A stretch of 64,000 nucleotides of DNA, from assembly GCA_027923505.1 (NCBI GenBank), contig BROI01000022.1, positions 434,001-498,000 of the forward strand, given 5' to 3'. The stretch is from Mayamaea pseudoterrestris (Eukaryota). This document shows positions 31,471 to 42,920 of this stretch, piece after piece (within the stretch, counting starts at the first letter, position 1; each line of letters begins with the position of its first letter). The notes beneath the pieces are model-generated. The model had not been told where the DNA came from, searched no databases, and worked only from the letters and a program-made list of their open reading frames with translations. A program made the translations under genes and the position numbers.

Positions 31471-32454
31471 TTACAACGACTCGGCGCTTTGCTTTAGCGG
31501 CGTCAATGCAGCAGTCAGCGCCGCTTGGTATTTTGGTAGCAGCGCTCGCCGCTCCTCCATGCTCAGCTCCTTGGACGAGTCTGGCGCGTGTTCGTCGTCG
31601 TCGCCATTATCATCTTCTCCGGCAAAGGGATCGTAAATCAATGTCAGTCCATTCTTCAAGGCGCGCGACTTTGGCTGTGATGCCTTTGGCGTTTGCAGTG
31701 ACATTTGTATGGGGTGGTTGCCTCCTGTAGAATCGCCGCCACCATGCAACGACGTTGCTGCAAAACTAGCGCTTCCGCCCAAGCTTGATGCAACGGGCGC
31801 TTGGGTCAGTAGTTGGGGTTGCGGAATTAAATGGTCGTGTGGCGCTGGCGGCGGCGGCGGTAGCATGTTGGGAGGAGGAGGTGGAGCAGGATAGGCGCCA
31901 TCCATATGCGGCAGCGGCGGAGGCGGCAAATGGAGACCCATGGGAGGCGGTGGAGGAGGCGCTCCGTAGTAGCCAGGTGGTGCTGCCATTGGCGGAAGGC
32001 CCGGAGGCAAACCAGGCATTCCCATAAGAGGCGGTGGAGGAGGAGGCGGTGGAAAATCAACAGGCTGCTCCAGCATACAATCTTCGTCCAAACTAAAATT
32101 CTTGTATCCATGAGCGTTAACGAGTGAAAAGGCGGCGCGGCACGCTGCATCCATGGCTGCTTCCCTCGTCTTACCTCGTCCCCACGCCAAATCAATGCCT
32201 CCCACTCGCGTGGAAAAGCAAAATGGCTTTTCCGGAGTTGTTCCAATCTTCCATCTCACATACGTTGCATCCATCATGCGATGAGCCTTGGTGTAGCGAA
32301 CAAAGGCCTCCATGGCGGAATAAACGCGTTCGGGGCGATACTTTTTGACGGGGTAGTTTTCGCCAGTCGTCAAGTCGGCTAGCGGCGCATTCTTTTTCGG
32401 TGCGGGCTCATTGGCATTGTCAGTAGGATTGGCGCTGCGCTTCTTGCGGCCCAT
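31471..32454 (-). CDS. dsRBD-like domain plus Pro-rich region plus GLEBS-like C-terminal motif
   Basis: FCFSTRVGG...WGRGKTREAAMDAACRAA (dsRBD C-terminal pattern); poly-Pro; ELSMEERRALLPKY. Confidence 0.75.
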   Translation of the reverse strand: MGRKKRSANPTDNANEPAPKKNAPLADLTTGENYPVKKYRPERVYSAMEAFVRYTKAHRMMDATYVRWKIGTTPEKPFCFSTRVGGIDLAWGRGKTREAAMDAACRAAFSLVNAHGYKNFSLDEDCMLEQPVDFPPPPPPPPLMGMPGLPPGLPPMAAPPGYYGAPPPPPPMGLHLPPPPLPHMDGAYPAPPPPPNMLPPPPPAPHDHLIPQPQLLTQAPVASSLGGSASFAATSLHGGGDSTGGNHPIQMSLQTPKASQPKSRALKNGLTLIYDPFAGEDDNGDDDEHAPDSSKELSMEERRALLPKYQAALTAALTPLKQSAESL

Positions 32455-32804
32455 GATACTTTACAAGTTGTTTGCGAGAATGCGACGAAGTAATATGGAC
32501 CGAAACAGAAACGTTCGATGTGATCTCCTCCATGGTGAAGACGCGTGTGTGGCGCGGCGGCGCGGGTTAATGACGTCACTTAAGACTTGCTTTCCATTCC
32601 CGCATCGATGGCTCACCCGGCGCGCTTCGCGGCGGCCGCGCCCGATTCACTCGCCAATGAACGGTCCGAAAACGCCGATGCAACGAAAGTCAAATTCCAA
32701 GGACGAAGAACGATCCATCTGTCGTCGAAAAGTTGTATATTGGTGACCATAGAGAAGGATATACACGGAGTAGCTTGCAACAAAAACAATTTGCAATCAT
32801 TATC

Positions 32805-33366
32805 ATGTCATCGAAGCATCGCCTCACGAGATCCTTCCGGACAGTTTCGGCAATTCTCTATCTGGTGCGTTCGTTGCATCATGTCCCTTGCTACATTTCG
32901 ACTGTGGCTATAAAAACCTTTCTCACACTCATAACACTCTCCATACAATTTTCCAAAACAGCTCAACATGATTGTCGCCCTCGCCTTTGCCAGCGTTCCA
33001 AACTACTTGCACATTCTCGTTGGCCTCTTGGTCACCTTTTTGTGTTTCTTCATGCTGACGGTTGCCGTTGAAGCACCAAAGTTCATCACCGATCGCATTG
33101 AGCGCAGCAAGACGGGTGAAGTCTTGTTCACCTTTCGTGGCCGCTACGTGGTGGACTTGGTCGTGGCGCTCTTTTTGTTCGCCATGCCGCCGTGGGGTTT
33201 TGTCACTGGCGCATTAACCTTGTGCTTGATTTTTGGTATTCGGTTTTTGGGTGTCAAGCAACCGGATGCCTTTAACGAAATCTTTCGGCAGTCGGATATG
33301 GAGAGCACGGCGGATAGCTATACGTTGGAGAGTGAGTATGACACGCCAGTGGTGGAGCGGCGATAA
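32805..33366 (+). CDS. Small multi-pass membrane protein, possibly COPI-associated/TVP15-like; intron 32865-32961
   Basis: Spliced exons give ~4 TM segments; LFTFRGRY motif. Confidence 0.6.
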
Positions 33367-33817
33367 AAATTGGGAAAACAGAAATTGGATGTTTACAAAT
33401 CGATGGGGCAAAGATCGATATTGGATTGGAACTGGGGCTACAGTAAATAGCTACATGACGACTGGTTGAATGGTAAATTTATTTGCATGACAGCATACAA
33501 ATAGAATACATTGCTGCCAATTCATCACGTTGCTAGAATTCCCAAGCGTGTACAACTACAGTACTTACGTAGGGTTCAATACTTGCTCGCAATACTCTCT
33601 TTCCTACCAATCTATATCTATAGCAGTAACTGAAGACACATATCGGTACTGTAGAGCTGCTAGATGGATATGGTGGGCCTCTTGAAAGGGCTAGCGTCTT
33701 GGCCTAGTAGTCTGCGTGGCTACTTTCCACAGCTCACTTAGAGATAAGGATCTTCTGTCTCGGTCGCTCTCGAATTGCGTGACAACAATCATCTCCATTC
33801 ATCCTCCATCATCCACC

Positions 33818-35101
33818 ATGACGATTCCTTCCGACGCCCGCTGCAACTATTGTCCCTCCTGCGAGGAGGAATGCAACGACCATCCAAGCATTTGCACCGT
33901 CTGCGGAAGCAATTTGCAGTACCCCGAATCAAATGAACGGCGACGATTACGACAGCAAATCACTAGCAGCAGCAACGTGCAAACCTTGCTGGCGTCCTTG
34001 GACGCGCTGCGCCACAACACGACGCTACTTTCGCAGAACCACGACGCCGATGTGCAGCGACTACGGCATCGACTGGAAGCATTGACGGAGCGTTTGGCTG
34101 CGACGAGGGAGCAGGGAAACTTGCTGCGGCAGCAGGTTGCGGCGGCGACTGCTGTCGATATTGGTCAAGGAGTCGACGAATGGGAAACGGTGCCGGCGGC
34201 GCTCCTTGATCCGCATGCCGCAGGCTTGCAAACGTCGTCGTCGCGACCAACGTCCAAGGAGTATTTGGAAAATATGACCAAGATTAGTTTGACGAAAAAC
34301 TCCTCGCTGTTTTACCAGGCATCCGTCTCGATTGTCATTGACGGCAAGACTGTATCATTTGACGCAATACCGGCAGACTTTGGAGGGTTTAAAGACGCCA
34401 ACAAGCATGAAAATGATAGTAGCAGCAGCATTACATATGAAACGTCCAATACATGTTTAGTCATGGCCGACCCCAAGACTGGCAAGGGTGGACGCCTTTC
34501 GGAGGAAACTCTGCAGCAAGTTCAAACTGCCACGCAGGCAAACACAACGGTAGTCTTGTACATGGAGCGAGGAGACAATGTTTCCTTTTTGGCCAAAGCT
34601 CGTCTGGCGCAGCAAGCGGGAGCCAAGGTTTGTGTGATTGGAAACAATCAGTCGACGCCATGGCCATACGTCATGAAGAACTCTGCCGGCAGCACGAATG
34701 ACAACCATGAGCAGGTGACCATTCCAGTCGTCATGATAAAGCAAGTGGATGGACAAGCTATAGTGAAAGCTTGTATGAAGCAGCAGCAGCAGCAGCAGCA
34801 GCAGCATGTTTTGCGAAACGTTTCATTCGCCATGGAGCGCACAGACATTCACGAATGCATCATTTGCCAGGAGCCATACGAGCAAGATGGCAGTTTTGCC
34901 ATTCGCATTCCAGCCTGCGGACACTTGTTTCACGAAACGTGTGGGATGCTGTGGCTGATGCATCACAATACGTGTCCCTTTTGCCGACGCGAACTGCCGA
35001 CGGACGATGCTGATTACGAGCAGGAGCGGCGGCGGCAGCAGCGGACGCATGCGGGAAGTCAGGGGCAAGTCAATACTCAATATGAAGACTTTTATGGGTA
35101 A
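33818..35101 (+). CDS. RING-H2 E3 ligase with N-terminal zinc ribbon and PA domain
   Basis: YCPSC...CTVCGS; MERGDNVSFLAKARLAQQAGA...IPVVMIKQ.DG (PA domain); CIIC...CGHLFHETC...W...CPFCR. Confidence 0.88.
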   Translation: MTIPSDARCNYCPSCEEECNDHPSICTVCGSNLQYPESNERRRLRQQITSSSNVQTLLASLDALRHNTTLLSQNHDADVQRLRHRLEALTERLAATREQGNLLRQQVAAATAVDIGQGVDEWETVPAALLDPHAAGLQTSSSRPTSKEYLENMTKISLTKNSSLFYQASVSIVIDGKTVSFDAIPADFGGFKDANKHENDSSSSITYETSNTCLVMADPKTGKGGRLSEETLQQVQTATQANTTVVLYMERGDNVSFLAKARLAQQAGAKVCVIGNNQSTPWPYVMKNSAGSTNDNHEQVTIPVVMIKQVDGQAIVKACMKQQQQQQQQHVLRNVSFAMERTDIHECIICQEPYEQDGSFAIRIPACGHLFHETCGMLWLMHHNTCPFCRRELPTDDADYEQERRRQQRTHAGSQGQVNTQYEDFYG

Positions 35102-35372
35102 GATAATTTTTACATATATTTTGTAGTCGATTATCACTACAGAGATATCGTATGGTGTTGTCTTCGGTGCCTGCTGGTTGCGATACAATAGCTTGGGCGT
35201 GCCGTGGGTCGCGCCATGACGTCAGCCGACTTCGCCAACCGCGATTGCGCGCCAGCCTCTCCTTCAGCGAGGCCGCGGCGACCGCGACGGAGAAAGCCAC
35301 ACTGCCCCGACCTTGTTTCTTTCGTTGTCAACCAATCTTGCTCGGATATAGCGTAATTGAATCGTAGCCATC

Positions 35373-36742
35373 ATGAGCATGTATGTCATTTGCGCCATCT
35401 CCAACTCGGGAGGAGCGCCGGAGCAGGCGTACCGCAAGATGCAGTCGGCTGGAGCCTGTCCGGAGCGGCCGTTTGCAGGTAAGCAAGTGGTGGTAGCAAC
35501 GTGGAAAGAAAGAGACTGCCATTTGATGCTACTCTTGCTTGTTATCAATTCTAATTATATTTGCATCATACAGAAATGTTCAAATTCGAAGTCCCTTCAT
35601 TGACAGTCGGCACGCTCGATACACTCATGAACTTGTCGGACGAACTCGGCAAGACGGATCAAATTGTGGAGCAAATTGTTCGAAAGATTGAAAAGACAGC
35701 CTACGAACTATCGGCCAGTCGATCCGCCGTTGATTTGACGGTCGGCGGTGTCCCGGCGCAGCGCTACATTCAGCAGTTTGCCTGGGACTCGGCCAAGTAC
35801 CCCAACCGCCGCCCGCTCAAGGAGCTGGTGGCGCTGATTGCGGGTGGAGCGGCAGCCGTCGAAGAGGAGCTCAAGCAACTGTCGGCGTCGTATGGAGACA
35901 AGGTGCAGGCACTGCAGGATGCCAAGCGTCGCAAGGGAGGAAACTTATTGTCGGTGGATTTGAATGACGTTTTGACGGAGGATATTATGCGAAAAGTCAA
36001 GATTGTCAAGACTGACTACCTCAAGACGATTTTTGTAGCCGTTCCCAAGGCGCTGCAGGAGAGCTTTGAAGCGAGTTACGAAAAGATTGGTTCTGATCTT
36101 GTCGGATATGGAGGACCAGACTGGTCGCGAGACCCGACGAGACTTGGAGAGCCAGTCAGCTATGGACAAAATGTTGATCGCCACAAGATTCGAGGATCGC
36201 CCGTTGTTCCTGGCTCCAAGCAGCTAGTGTTTGCGGACGATGACAGCATTCTCTACGCTGTCACGATTCTTCGGTCGCAGTATGAGTCTGGCTACTTTGA
36301 GAATGGTGAGTTTCAGCAAGGTACCAAGGTTGACTTTGAGGAGGAGTTTACGCGGGCGTTGCGTGACAAGCGATTTCTCGTTCGCGAATTTGAGTGGGAC
36401 CCAACGCAGTCATCCAAGTCGTCGGTGGCCTTGGAGCAATTGCAGGTGGAAGTTGATGGCATGAAGTCGGCTCTTTTGCGCTGGGGCAAGAACCACTTTG
36501 GCGACGCCTTTGTCGCTTGGATGCATATTAAAGTGATCCGAGTCTTTGTGGAGAGTGTTTTGCGTTACGGTCTGCCCGTGGACTTTACTGCTGTTCTTTA
36601 CAAGGTCCATCCGAACAAGGAGCAGAATTTGATTGCGTCGCTCGACAAGGAGCTTGGAGCTGCCACTGATGCTGACGAAGCTGGAGGCGACGAGGGCGAA
36701 GACGAATACCACGACTTTGTCATGCTCAAATTTGAACCATAA
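35373..36742 (+). CDS. ATP6V1C: V-type ATPase V1 subunit C; intron 35479-35573
   Basis: FEVPSLTVGTLDTLMNLSDEL, FAWDSAKYP, GNLL, F.VREF, AWMHIKVIRVFVESVLRYGLP. Confidence 0.94.
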
Positions 36743-36848
36743 AATTATGTTAGGCGTCAGTCACATTGCATGGTTCAATCGATATGAAATATTCTGAGTA
36801 GTTTATACGTTGTAGCTAGCTTACATAAACAATTTAGTGCAGAAAACT

Positions 36849-39800
36849 CTATTCCTTGGGCTTTTTCGATGACGAGGACCTGCGCTTCGTCCGTCGAGAA
36901 GATTTCTTCGCCTCTACTTGACGCCCTGCCATGTTCACTCGAAAGATGGCGTATACGGGGCGATGATCCGAGTGCCGTGCATCTTGAATCCAGTCATATT
37001 CAAGAACCCTCGTACCAGTCGGCTTGTATAATATTCTATCCGTCCATGCTGGTATCCGTTGCTTGTGCGATGTGTCGTATTCTTCCAAAGAGTTCTTGTC
37101 AAACTTGAACGTTGGTGGAAACTTAATTCGGCCCTCAACGAATCCAGGAAATGCGCGCTCTTCCGCAATAGCATGAAGTAATTGGTCATGCTCGAGCATG
37201 GAGGCACGAAGCTTGTCAGCAATCCGTCTTTGCTCCGGTGAAGCATCATTGGCCAAGTAATTTTGAATCAAGCTGGTAGAGAATTCTGCTTCTTCTCGTG
37301 GTAGCTCGAGACGATAATTCAAGTCTCCGCAGAAAAATATACGGTCCGCCGAGTCTAGAAGAATAGAGTTGGCGCCATCATCACGTTGCGTCGCTTGCTT
37401 CTTTGCCGATAGGAATTGAGGTGGAGCTTGTGACTCAAGCTCGGATACGATGCGCCAAAAGTCGAGATCGCGAGCTTCGACATTTTTAACATGGGCAGCC
37501 ATGTGGGCGGTAATGAACATCATTTTCACCGATCTAGAGGTCTCCTTTGCTCCTAGTGCACCGCCAGGTCGAGCCTTCATTTGCAGGAACGCTCCTATTG
37601 CGCCTTTATTGTGAAAGACATTGCCAATACCGCAGGTGACGTCGCCAAGCGATACTGCTTCAATGTCCTTGAGTATTTTTCGTTTACAAAATAGTCCAAA
37701 CTGAATGCCGCCCAGGCTATGAATTGCCAATGGTACGTACTGTTTGCCTAGCATCTTGATCATTAAGCGTCGGATTTCCCGTGATCGCCGACCTTCAGTT
37801 CGCCGTGGCTTGATATTTTCACATTCTTGACAGCCAATGAACACAATATCATTGCCTTTGTCAGCAACACTACCATAATTTCGAAACTTTTTCAAAAACT
37901 TAGCTTCAACTTCTGATGGCGATTCCTCGGCCAAGTTCCACGTCACGACAGACACTGTGATATCTTCGTCAGTGTCGGTTGAATTAATCACAGACTGGAG
38001 GTCCAGTGCACACGGTGCCCTCTTCTTATCTAATTCATTGGCAAGTAAAGTCGAGTTAATTTCCACATGGCTATCAGGTGGCATTTTGCCGACAAGAGGG
38101 ATTGACGTGTTCGTCTTTTCCGTCGCGCGATCTGCATCATGGGGTATCTTCATGTCGCTCATTTGCGTCTTATCAGGGCTATTATCTGTCACTTGGGTCG
38201 TCTCGTCGTATGATCCTTCATCATCAGAGTCGTCAGTTAACTCTCTGTCCGTTTCACCGTCGAGATATGACAAAGTCGAAGTAGCATTCAATGGCTGCTG
38301 ATTCGTAATGTTTCCCTCTGGCCGGAGTACCCTCTCGCTGTCTAAATCGTCACTCAATTGATGGGACAGTCCATCGTCATCTACTGAAACCTGAACAGGT
38401 GTTTGCGAATGTGAAACGCTAGCTTTTTGCGATTGACCAGTCTCGCCATCCGAATCCTCGTCAGTATCCTCAGACGAGTCGCTCTCATCTGATTTCTCGG
38501 CGAGTGTGATAGTGGGCACTCTGTCAGGTTTCTGTGCTAGCTGAGAATCCTCGTCACTTGAGGTGTCGTCAAAATCGGTAGACGACTCCTTACTTGATTC
38601 GCCAGTAGATGCAATCATCGATGACAGTGTAGGCGGCTGTGTATCTGATTGGAATTCCTCATCATCACTCGAGTCCTCATCGGAACCACTAGACGACTCG
38701 ACTTTTGGTGGTGCTACAATAGATGAGTTCGTCGGTGACAGAATGGGAGTTGCTGTTCTTGTCTGCTCTTCCTCAGAATCGCTCGAGTCAGAGTCGTCAC
38801 CACCATCTGACTCTACCTGGGTTGGAGCTGCAAGAAGAGGCACATCTTCGCCAGTTGTTGGCAACGTGACATCATCATTACCCGAAGCTGAAGCGGCCGG
38901 ACCAGCTTTCGTCATGTGCGACGCCTCGTCATTATCCGTGTCTGCCGATTCGCTGTCAGTGTTTTCATCGTCTGAAGCCGAGGATGTTGGCTCGGAAGCG
39001 GCAAGCAGTTGCGAAATGTTTCCGCTTGTGACAACATCATCGCCATCTGTGTCTTCGGAATCATCGGATTGTATCGATGTGCCACCTTCTATAACGGATG
39101 GTGCTGAAACCGTAGCTTCCACAACTTCGCTTGTATCGGCCTCCGCGCCAGCTAATGATAATGCTAGCTCTGGTTCCTTCACGTTTCTTTCAATGTTTTC
39201 AGATGATGGGTCACCAGTGGCACCCGAAGTGGAAGTGACAGTAGCGTCCGCCAACTTAGCATCTGGTGCGTCGCCACTCGAGTTAACCTTCTCGGTAGAC
39301 GTATCGTCAATAGATTCCTTAACGTTGCCAACGAAATCATCTGATGAAATTTTGTCAATCTCGTCGCTGATGGCAGCTGTAGCGGTGTCCCCATTGTTGT
39401 GACTTATCGTCAGTGGAGCGCTCGTTTGAATATCTGATTCCAATTGAGGCGGCTCCGTAGAGGTCGCAGCATTGACTCGGTCCTCTCGCGCAGCAGGGGA
39501 CGGCGGAGCACCATTTTCATTGCCACCCAGAGATACGGTTATGTCTACATCTGCACCGTCATTGAGCCTTTTTTCGATACTGCCAAATTTTGCAACTAGT
39601 GCATTGTTGGCATCTCCATCAGCCTCGCTCTGGACAATATCACCTACCAAGGCGTCGTTTATTTCGTCAAGAGTGTCTGTCGCTGCATTTTGTATAATGT
39701 CTTTAGCGTTGCTGTCGTTTGGCTCATTGCGTGCATCTTGCTCCTCCAGCTGTAGGTGCAGTGGCAACGAGAGCAGTGAGGACGCCCGAAAAAAGCCGTC

Positions 39801-40967
39801 ATCAGTAGTGCCATTTAGCGCGGCAGGTTCATCATTATCGTCGCCGATGGATTCAACGACATTTTTATTGTTGTCTATTTCCGTAGTGACGTTTAGAGAG
39901 CTAGGGAGCTCTTGCGTATGATCCGCTGTCGCATAATGTGCGTTCATATTGCTATCAGCTCGGTCATAATTTCGTGTCAAAAGCAATTCTATATCTGACT
40001 CCGAAACCGCATTTGCATCAACGCTGATTGCTGCATCGTCGTCGCCATTCTTCTTAACTTGAGATGCAACGTTGTCAGTGGTTGGCACTGACTGCGGCAC
40101 CGGCCGAGCAGTCGCCACCTTGCGCCGACGCTTCTTCTGGCGAGGCGGCCGCGTCGCTTGGTCAGCAGCGTTTGATGCTGGAAGAAGCGTTTCTCTTGCC
40201 GGTAGTTGTTTCGTATCTTGGTGTTTCGGCGAAATGTTACCCTCCTTGCTGGCAATTACTGCTGCTGGGGCTCCTGCATTTTTGGGTCGCTTCTTGACGC
40301 GGCGCGTCCGCTTGACTCGTGGTTCGGATGGAAGTGGTAACAACGAATCATGCTGCTCCCGACGACGGCTGCCACCACTGGCATGTGCAGCTACTACCGG
40401 TTCTGTCGATGTCGCTTCTGGCACTGGATTCGTACTTTGCCGTTGACGTTTTTTTCGTCGCGTTATCAGAATCGTTGTTGGTTCTTCAAGTTTTGCTGCT
40501 GATACTGATAAAGTATTCGAGGATACATCAGGAGCAGGTGGTGCAGCTAATGCAGCAGCAGCCTGTGGGTCCGTTGATCGCTTCCGTCGGCGCTTTCTTC
40601 GTGTCGTCGTTGCAGATTGTTTTGTATCCTCCTCCTCCCTAATAGACTTGTCAGGATTAATTTCAACATCATTTGCCTCATTTATTTTCTTCAATCTTGT
40701 TCGTTTCCGTCTTTTTCGCGGCGTGGTCGAATCATCATCATCGTCGTCACGAGCTTGATGCTGCGTCGGCGCCATGGTGGGGAGCACCGACGAAGCAACC
40801 TTTGACACGCCCCAAATAGTCCTGCGCGCAGAGACTTCACGGTTTGATTGCAAGACTAAGACTAACGCAAATAGAAGAGTCCATAGTGGCAAGGTGATGC
40901 GTCGAGCGACAGAGGATGCAGATTGACGACGACGCGTCACTTTTTGACGGCGACGCGGGTTTGGCAT
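36849..40967 (-). CDS. Inositol polyphosphate 5-phosphatase with very long basic then acidic N-terminal extension
   Basis: VVTWNLA, GCQE, NKGA, AHMAAH, FFCGDLNYR, DQL, FPPTFKFD, RIPAWTDRILY, SDHRPV. Confidence 0.9.
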   Translation of the reverse strand: MPNPRRRQKVTRRRQSASSVARRITLPLWTLLFALVLVLQSNREVSARRTIWGVSKVASSVLPTMAPTQHQARDDDDDDSTTPRKRRKRTRLKKINEANDVEINPDKSIREEEDTKQSATTTRRKRRRKRSTDPQAAAALAAPPAPDVSSNTLSVSAAKLEEPTTILITRRKKRQRQSTNPVPEATSTEPVVAAHASGGSRRREQHDSLLPLPSEPRVKRTRRVKKRPKNAGAPAAVIASKEGNISPKHQDTKQLPARETLLPASNAADQATRPPRQKKRRRKVATARPVPQSVPTTDNVASQVKKNGDDDAAISVDANAVSESDIELLLTRNYDRADSNMNAHYATADHTQELPSSLNVTTEIDNNKNVVESIGDDNDEPAALNGTTDDGFFRASSLLSLPLHLQLEEQDARNEPNDSNAKDIIQNAATDTLDEINDALVGDIVQSEADGDANNALVAKFGSIEKRLNDGADVDITVSLGGNENGAPPSPAAREDRVNAATSTEPPQLESDIQTSAPLTISHNNGDTATAAISDEIDKISSDDFVGNVKESIDDTSTEKVNSSGDAPDAKLADATVTSTSGATGDPSSENIERNVKEPELALSLAGAEADTSEVVEATVSAPSVIEGGTSIQSDDSEDTDGDDVVTSGNISQLLAASEPTSSASDDENTDSESADTDNDEASHMTKAGPAASASGNDDVTLPTTGEDVPLLAAPTQVESDGGDDSDSSDSEEEQTRTATPILSPTNSSIVAPPKVESSSGSDEDSSDDEEFQSDTQPPTLSSMIASTGESSKESSTDFDDTSSDEDSQLAQKPDRVPTITLAEKSDESDSSEDTDEDSDGETGQSQKASVSHSQTPVQVSVDDDGLSHQLSDDLDSERVLRPEGNITNQQPLNATSTLSYLDGETDRELTDDSDDEGSYDETTQVTDNSPDKTQMSDMKIPHDADRATEKTNTSIPLVGKMPPDSHVEINSTLLANELDKKRAPCALDLQSVINSTDTDEDITVSVVTWNLAEESPSEVEAKFLKKFRNYGSVADKGNDIVFIGCQECENIKPRRTEGRRSREIRRLMIKMLGKQYVPLAIHSLGGIQFGLFCKRKILKDIEAVSLGDVTCGIGNVFHNKGAIGAFLQMKARPGGALGAKETSRSVKMMFITAHMAAHVKNVEARDLDFWRIVSELESQAPPQFLSAKKQATQRDDGANSILLDSADRIFFCGDLNYRLELPREEAEFSTSLIQNYLANDASPEQRRIADKLRASMLEHDQLLHAIAEERAFPGFVEGRIKFPPTFKFDKNSLEEYDTSHKQRIPAWTDRILYKPTGTRVLEYDWIQDARHSDHRPVYAIFRVNMAGRQVEAKKSSRRTKRRSSSSKKPKE

Positions 40968-41319
40968 GGTTTTTGATAAATAAGTAAAGACAATTTCTAG
41001 CCTCTATCTCAATATGGACAGAGAGACAGTCTTAAGTGCCTGTCAGTCATGTGCAGTCTCAAAAATACTGTAGACAAAATCTTAATGTGAAGGGTTTTGT
41101 TGCGATCGATGGTGGTCGGCATCGTCGTTTGCGTCTCGTGGCATGTCGCAGTAAATACCGATGCGAGATTCTTTCATCGTACCGGCACTGAATTCCGGAC
41201 CGTCGGTTCGACACGAGCGGATGGCCGATGCAACTCATTCCTTTTCATTCATTGCTTGTCCTTCCTTGCTTCGTTTGAATCAGCAATTGAGATTAAAACG
41301 CAATAGTCAATCAGCAAAC

Positions 41320-42528
41320 ATGGCATCTACTGTAAAGTCTTCATCGGCTAGTACATCGTCGCCCACGTCCAATGACACTGCAACAACACCAAACAATCCA
41401 TACTTGATCGCCAGCTATGTTACCATTGCCTGCCTCTGGATCGTTTCGCAGTACATATTGATTCCCTACGTGGTCCACGTTCTATTGCTCACAACGGCCA
41501 TTCTATACGCGGCATGTCACGCGTCACTGGTGCTGCGCGAAAGTGCCACTACCAATAACGACGGCTCCAGCGAAAAGGAAACGATGAGATTGGAGGATGC
41601 CTACCAGTTTCCCCTCGTTGGCAGCGCGTCGCTGTTTGGCCTCTACTTGGCCTTCAAATTTTTAAACAAGGCCATGGTGAACAAGATTATTGGCGCCTAC
41701 TTTGGCGTCGCGGGCTGTCTCGCCATGACCATGACAATGTCGCCAGCAATCGCCAAGTTGACGCCACAGGCGATGCGAAAACACTATGGTGTCGATAAAA
41801 AGTTTGCACATCCGGTGCCCATGTTGCTGGAGAGTCCCATTCATTTCCAACTCGATTTTACTGGCAATGACGCTCTTGCCTTTATGATTTCCGTTGCTAT
41901 TTGCGTCACGTATTTTACCTCCAAACCATGGTACTTGAACAATTTAATGGGCATTTCCTTTTGCCTGCAAGGCGTTTCCAAGTTTTCCCTCGGCACGTAC
42001 AAGATTGGCGCCATTTTGTTGGTGGGACTATTCTTCTACGACATTTTCTGGGTCTTTGGCACGGAAGTCATGGTGTCCGTGGCCAAGTCGCTGGATGGTC
42101 CCATTAAAATCTTGTTTCCGCGCTCACTGACGCGCAACGCCGAAACCAACCTCTTGGACATGTCGCTGCTGGGGCTGGGCGACATTGTCATTCCCGGCTT
42201 CTTTCTGGCATTGATGCTGCGGTTCGACGCGCATCGCGCGGGTGTATCGGTGGTGCCGCCTGTAAATGTTCACGCTGACTTTGACAAGCCGTATTTCCAC
42301 GCGACGCTCGCGGCATACTTTTGCGGACTTGGCTTGACCATGTTTGTCATGCTCACGTTCAACGCGGCGCAACCGGCGCTACTGTACTTGGTGCCGGCGT
42401 GCTTATGTAGCAGCATGGGACTGGCGCTGTGGCGTGGCGAAGTGGCGGCGTTGCTGGAATATTCCGAGGAAGAAGAAGAGGAGCAAGTGGATGCTGCTGG
42501 CGAAAAAGAGTCCAAGAAGATTAACTAA
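41320..42528 (+). CDS. SPP: Signal peptide peptidase (A22B, HM13-like)
   Basis: LFFYDIFWVFGT, LGLGDIVIPG, QPALLYLVP; C-terminal KKIN ER-retrieval signal. Confidence 0.94.
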   Translation: MASTVKSSSASTSSPTSNDTATTPNNPYLIASYVTIACLWIVSQYILIPYVVHVLLLTTAILYAACHASLVLRESATTNNDGSSEKETMRLEDAYQFPLVGSASLFGLYLAFKFLNKAMVNKIIGAYFGVAGCLAMTMTMSPAIAKLTPQAMRKHYGVDKKFAHPVPMLLESPIHFQLDFTGNDALAFMISVAICVTYFTSKPWYLNNLMGISFCLQGVSKFSLGTYKIGAILLVGLFFYDIFWVFGTEVMVSVAKSLDGPIKILFPRSLTRNAETNLLDMSLLGLGDIVIPGFFLALMLRFDAHRAGVSVVPPVNVHADFDKPYFHATLAAYFCGLGLTMFVMLTFNAAQPALLYLVPACLCSSMGLALWRGEVAALLEYSEEEEEEQVDAAGEKESKKIN

Positions 42529-42920
42529 AGGCATCGCGTTTAGAAATTGTAATTACTGCTATGGCAAGCTTTTCTGCTGCGAGAATAAATACTATGCAAA
42601 AATTTGTGTACCGTGTGCGAGGTGATGTTGCCCATGGCCGGTCTGAAAGCGATGTTAGTGATGAAGCCTCGCACGACACACTTCTAGATTAGCTTGTAAA
42701 GCATCAATCCATGTCTTACTGTTTTGTAGAGGTTCCGAAGGAGATGCAAACGTATGCTTTATACATTGCATTGCAACGATAGTTGATACCTGATACTGCA
42801 ATCGAGGTGAACATCGCGCCTCTCTCTTCCTTGAAAACAACTCTTTCTCACTTAATTTTATTTAATTTAGATTGATATGTATTGCCTTTCGTATATTACA
42901 ACCGCATACCATGCGCTAGC

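Noticed and set aside
33670..33790. tRNA-like sequence with an A-box-like TGGCCTAGTAG
   Set aside because: No B box (GTTCRA) or cloverleaf pairing.
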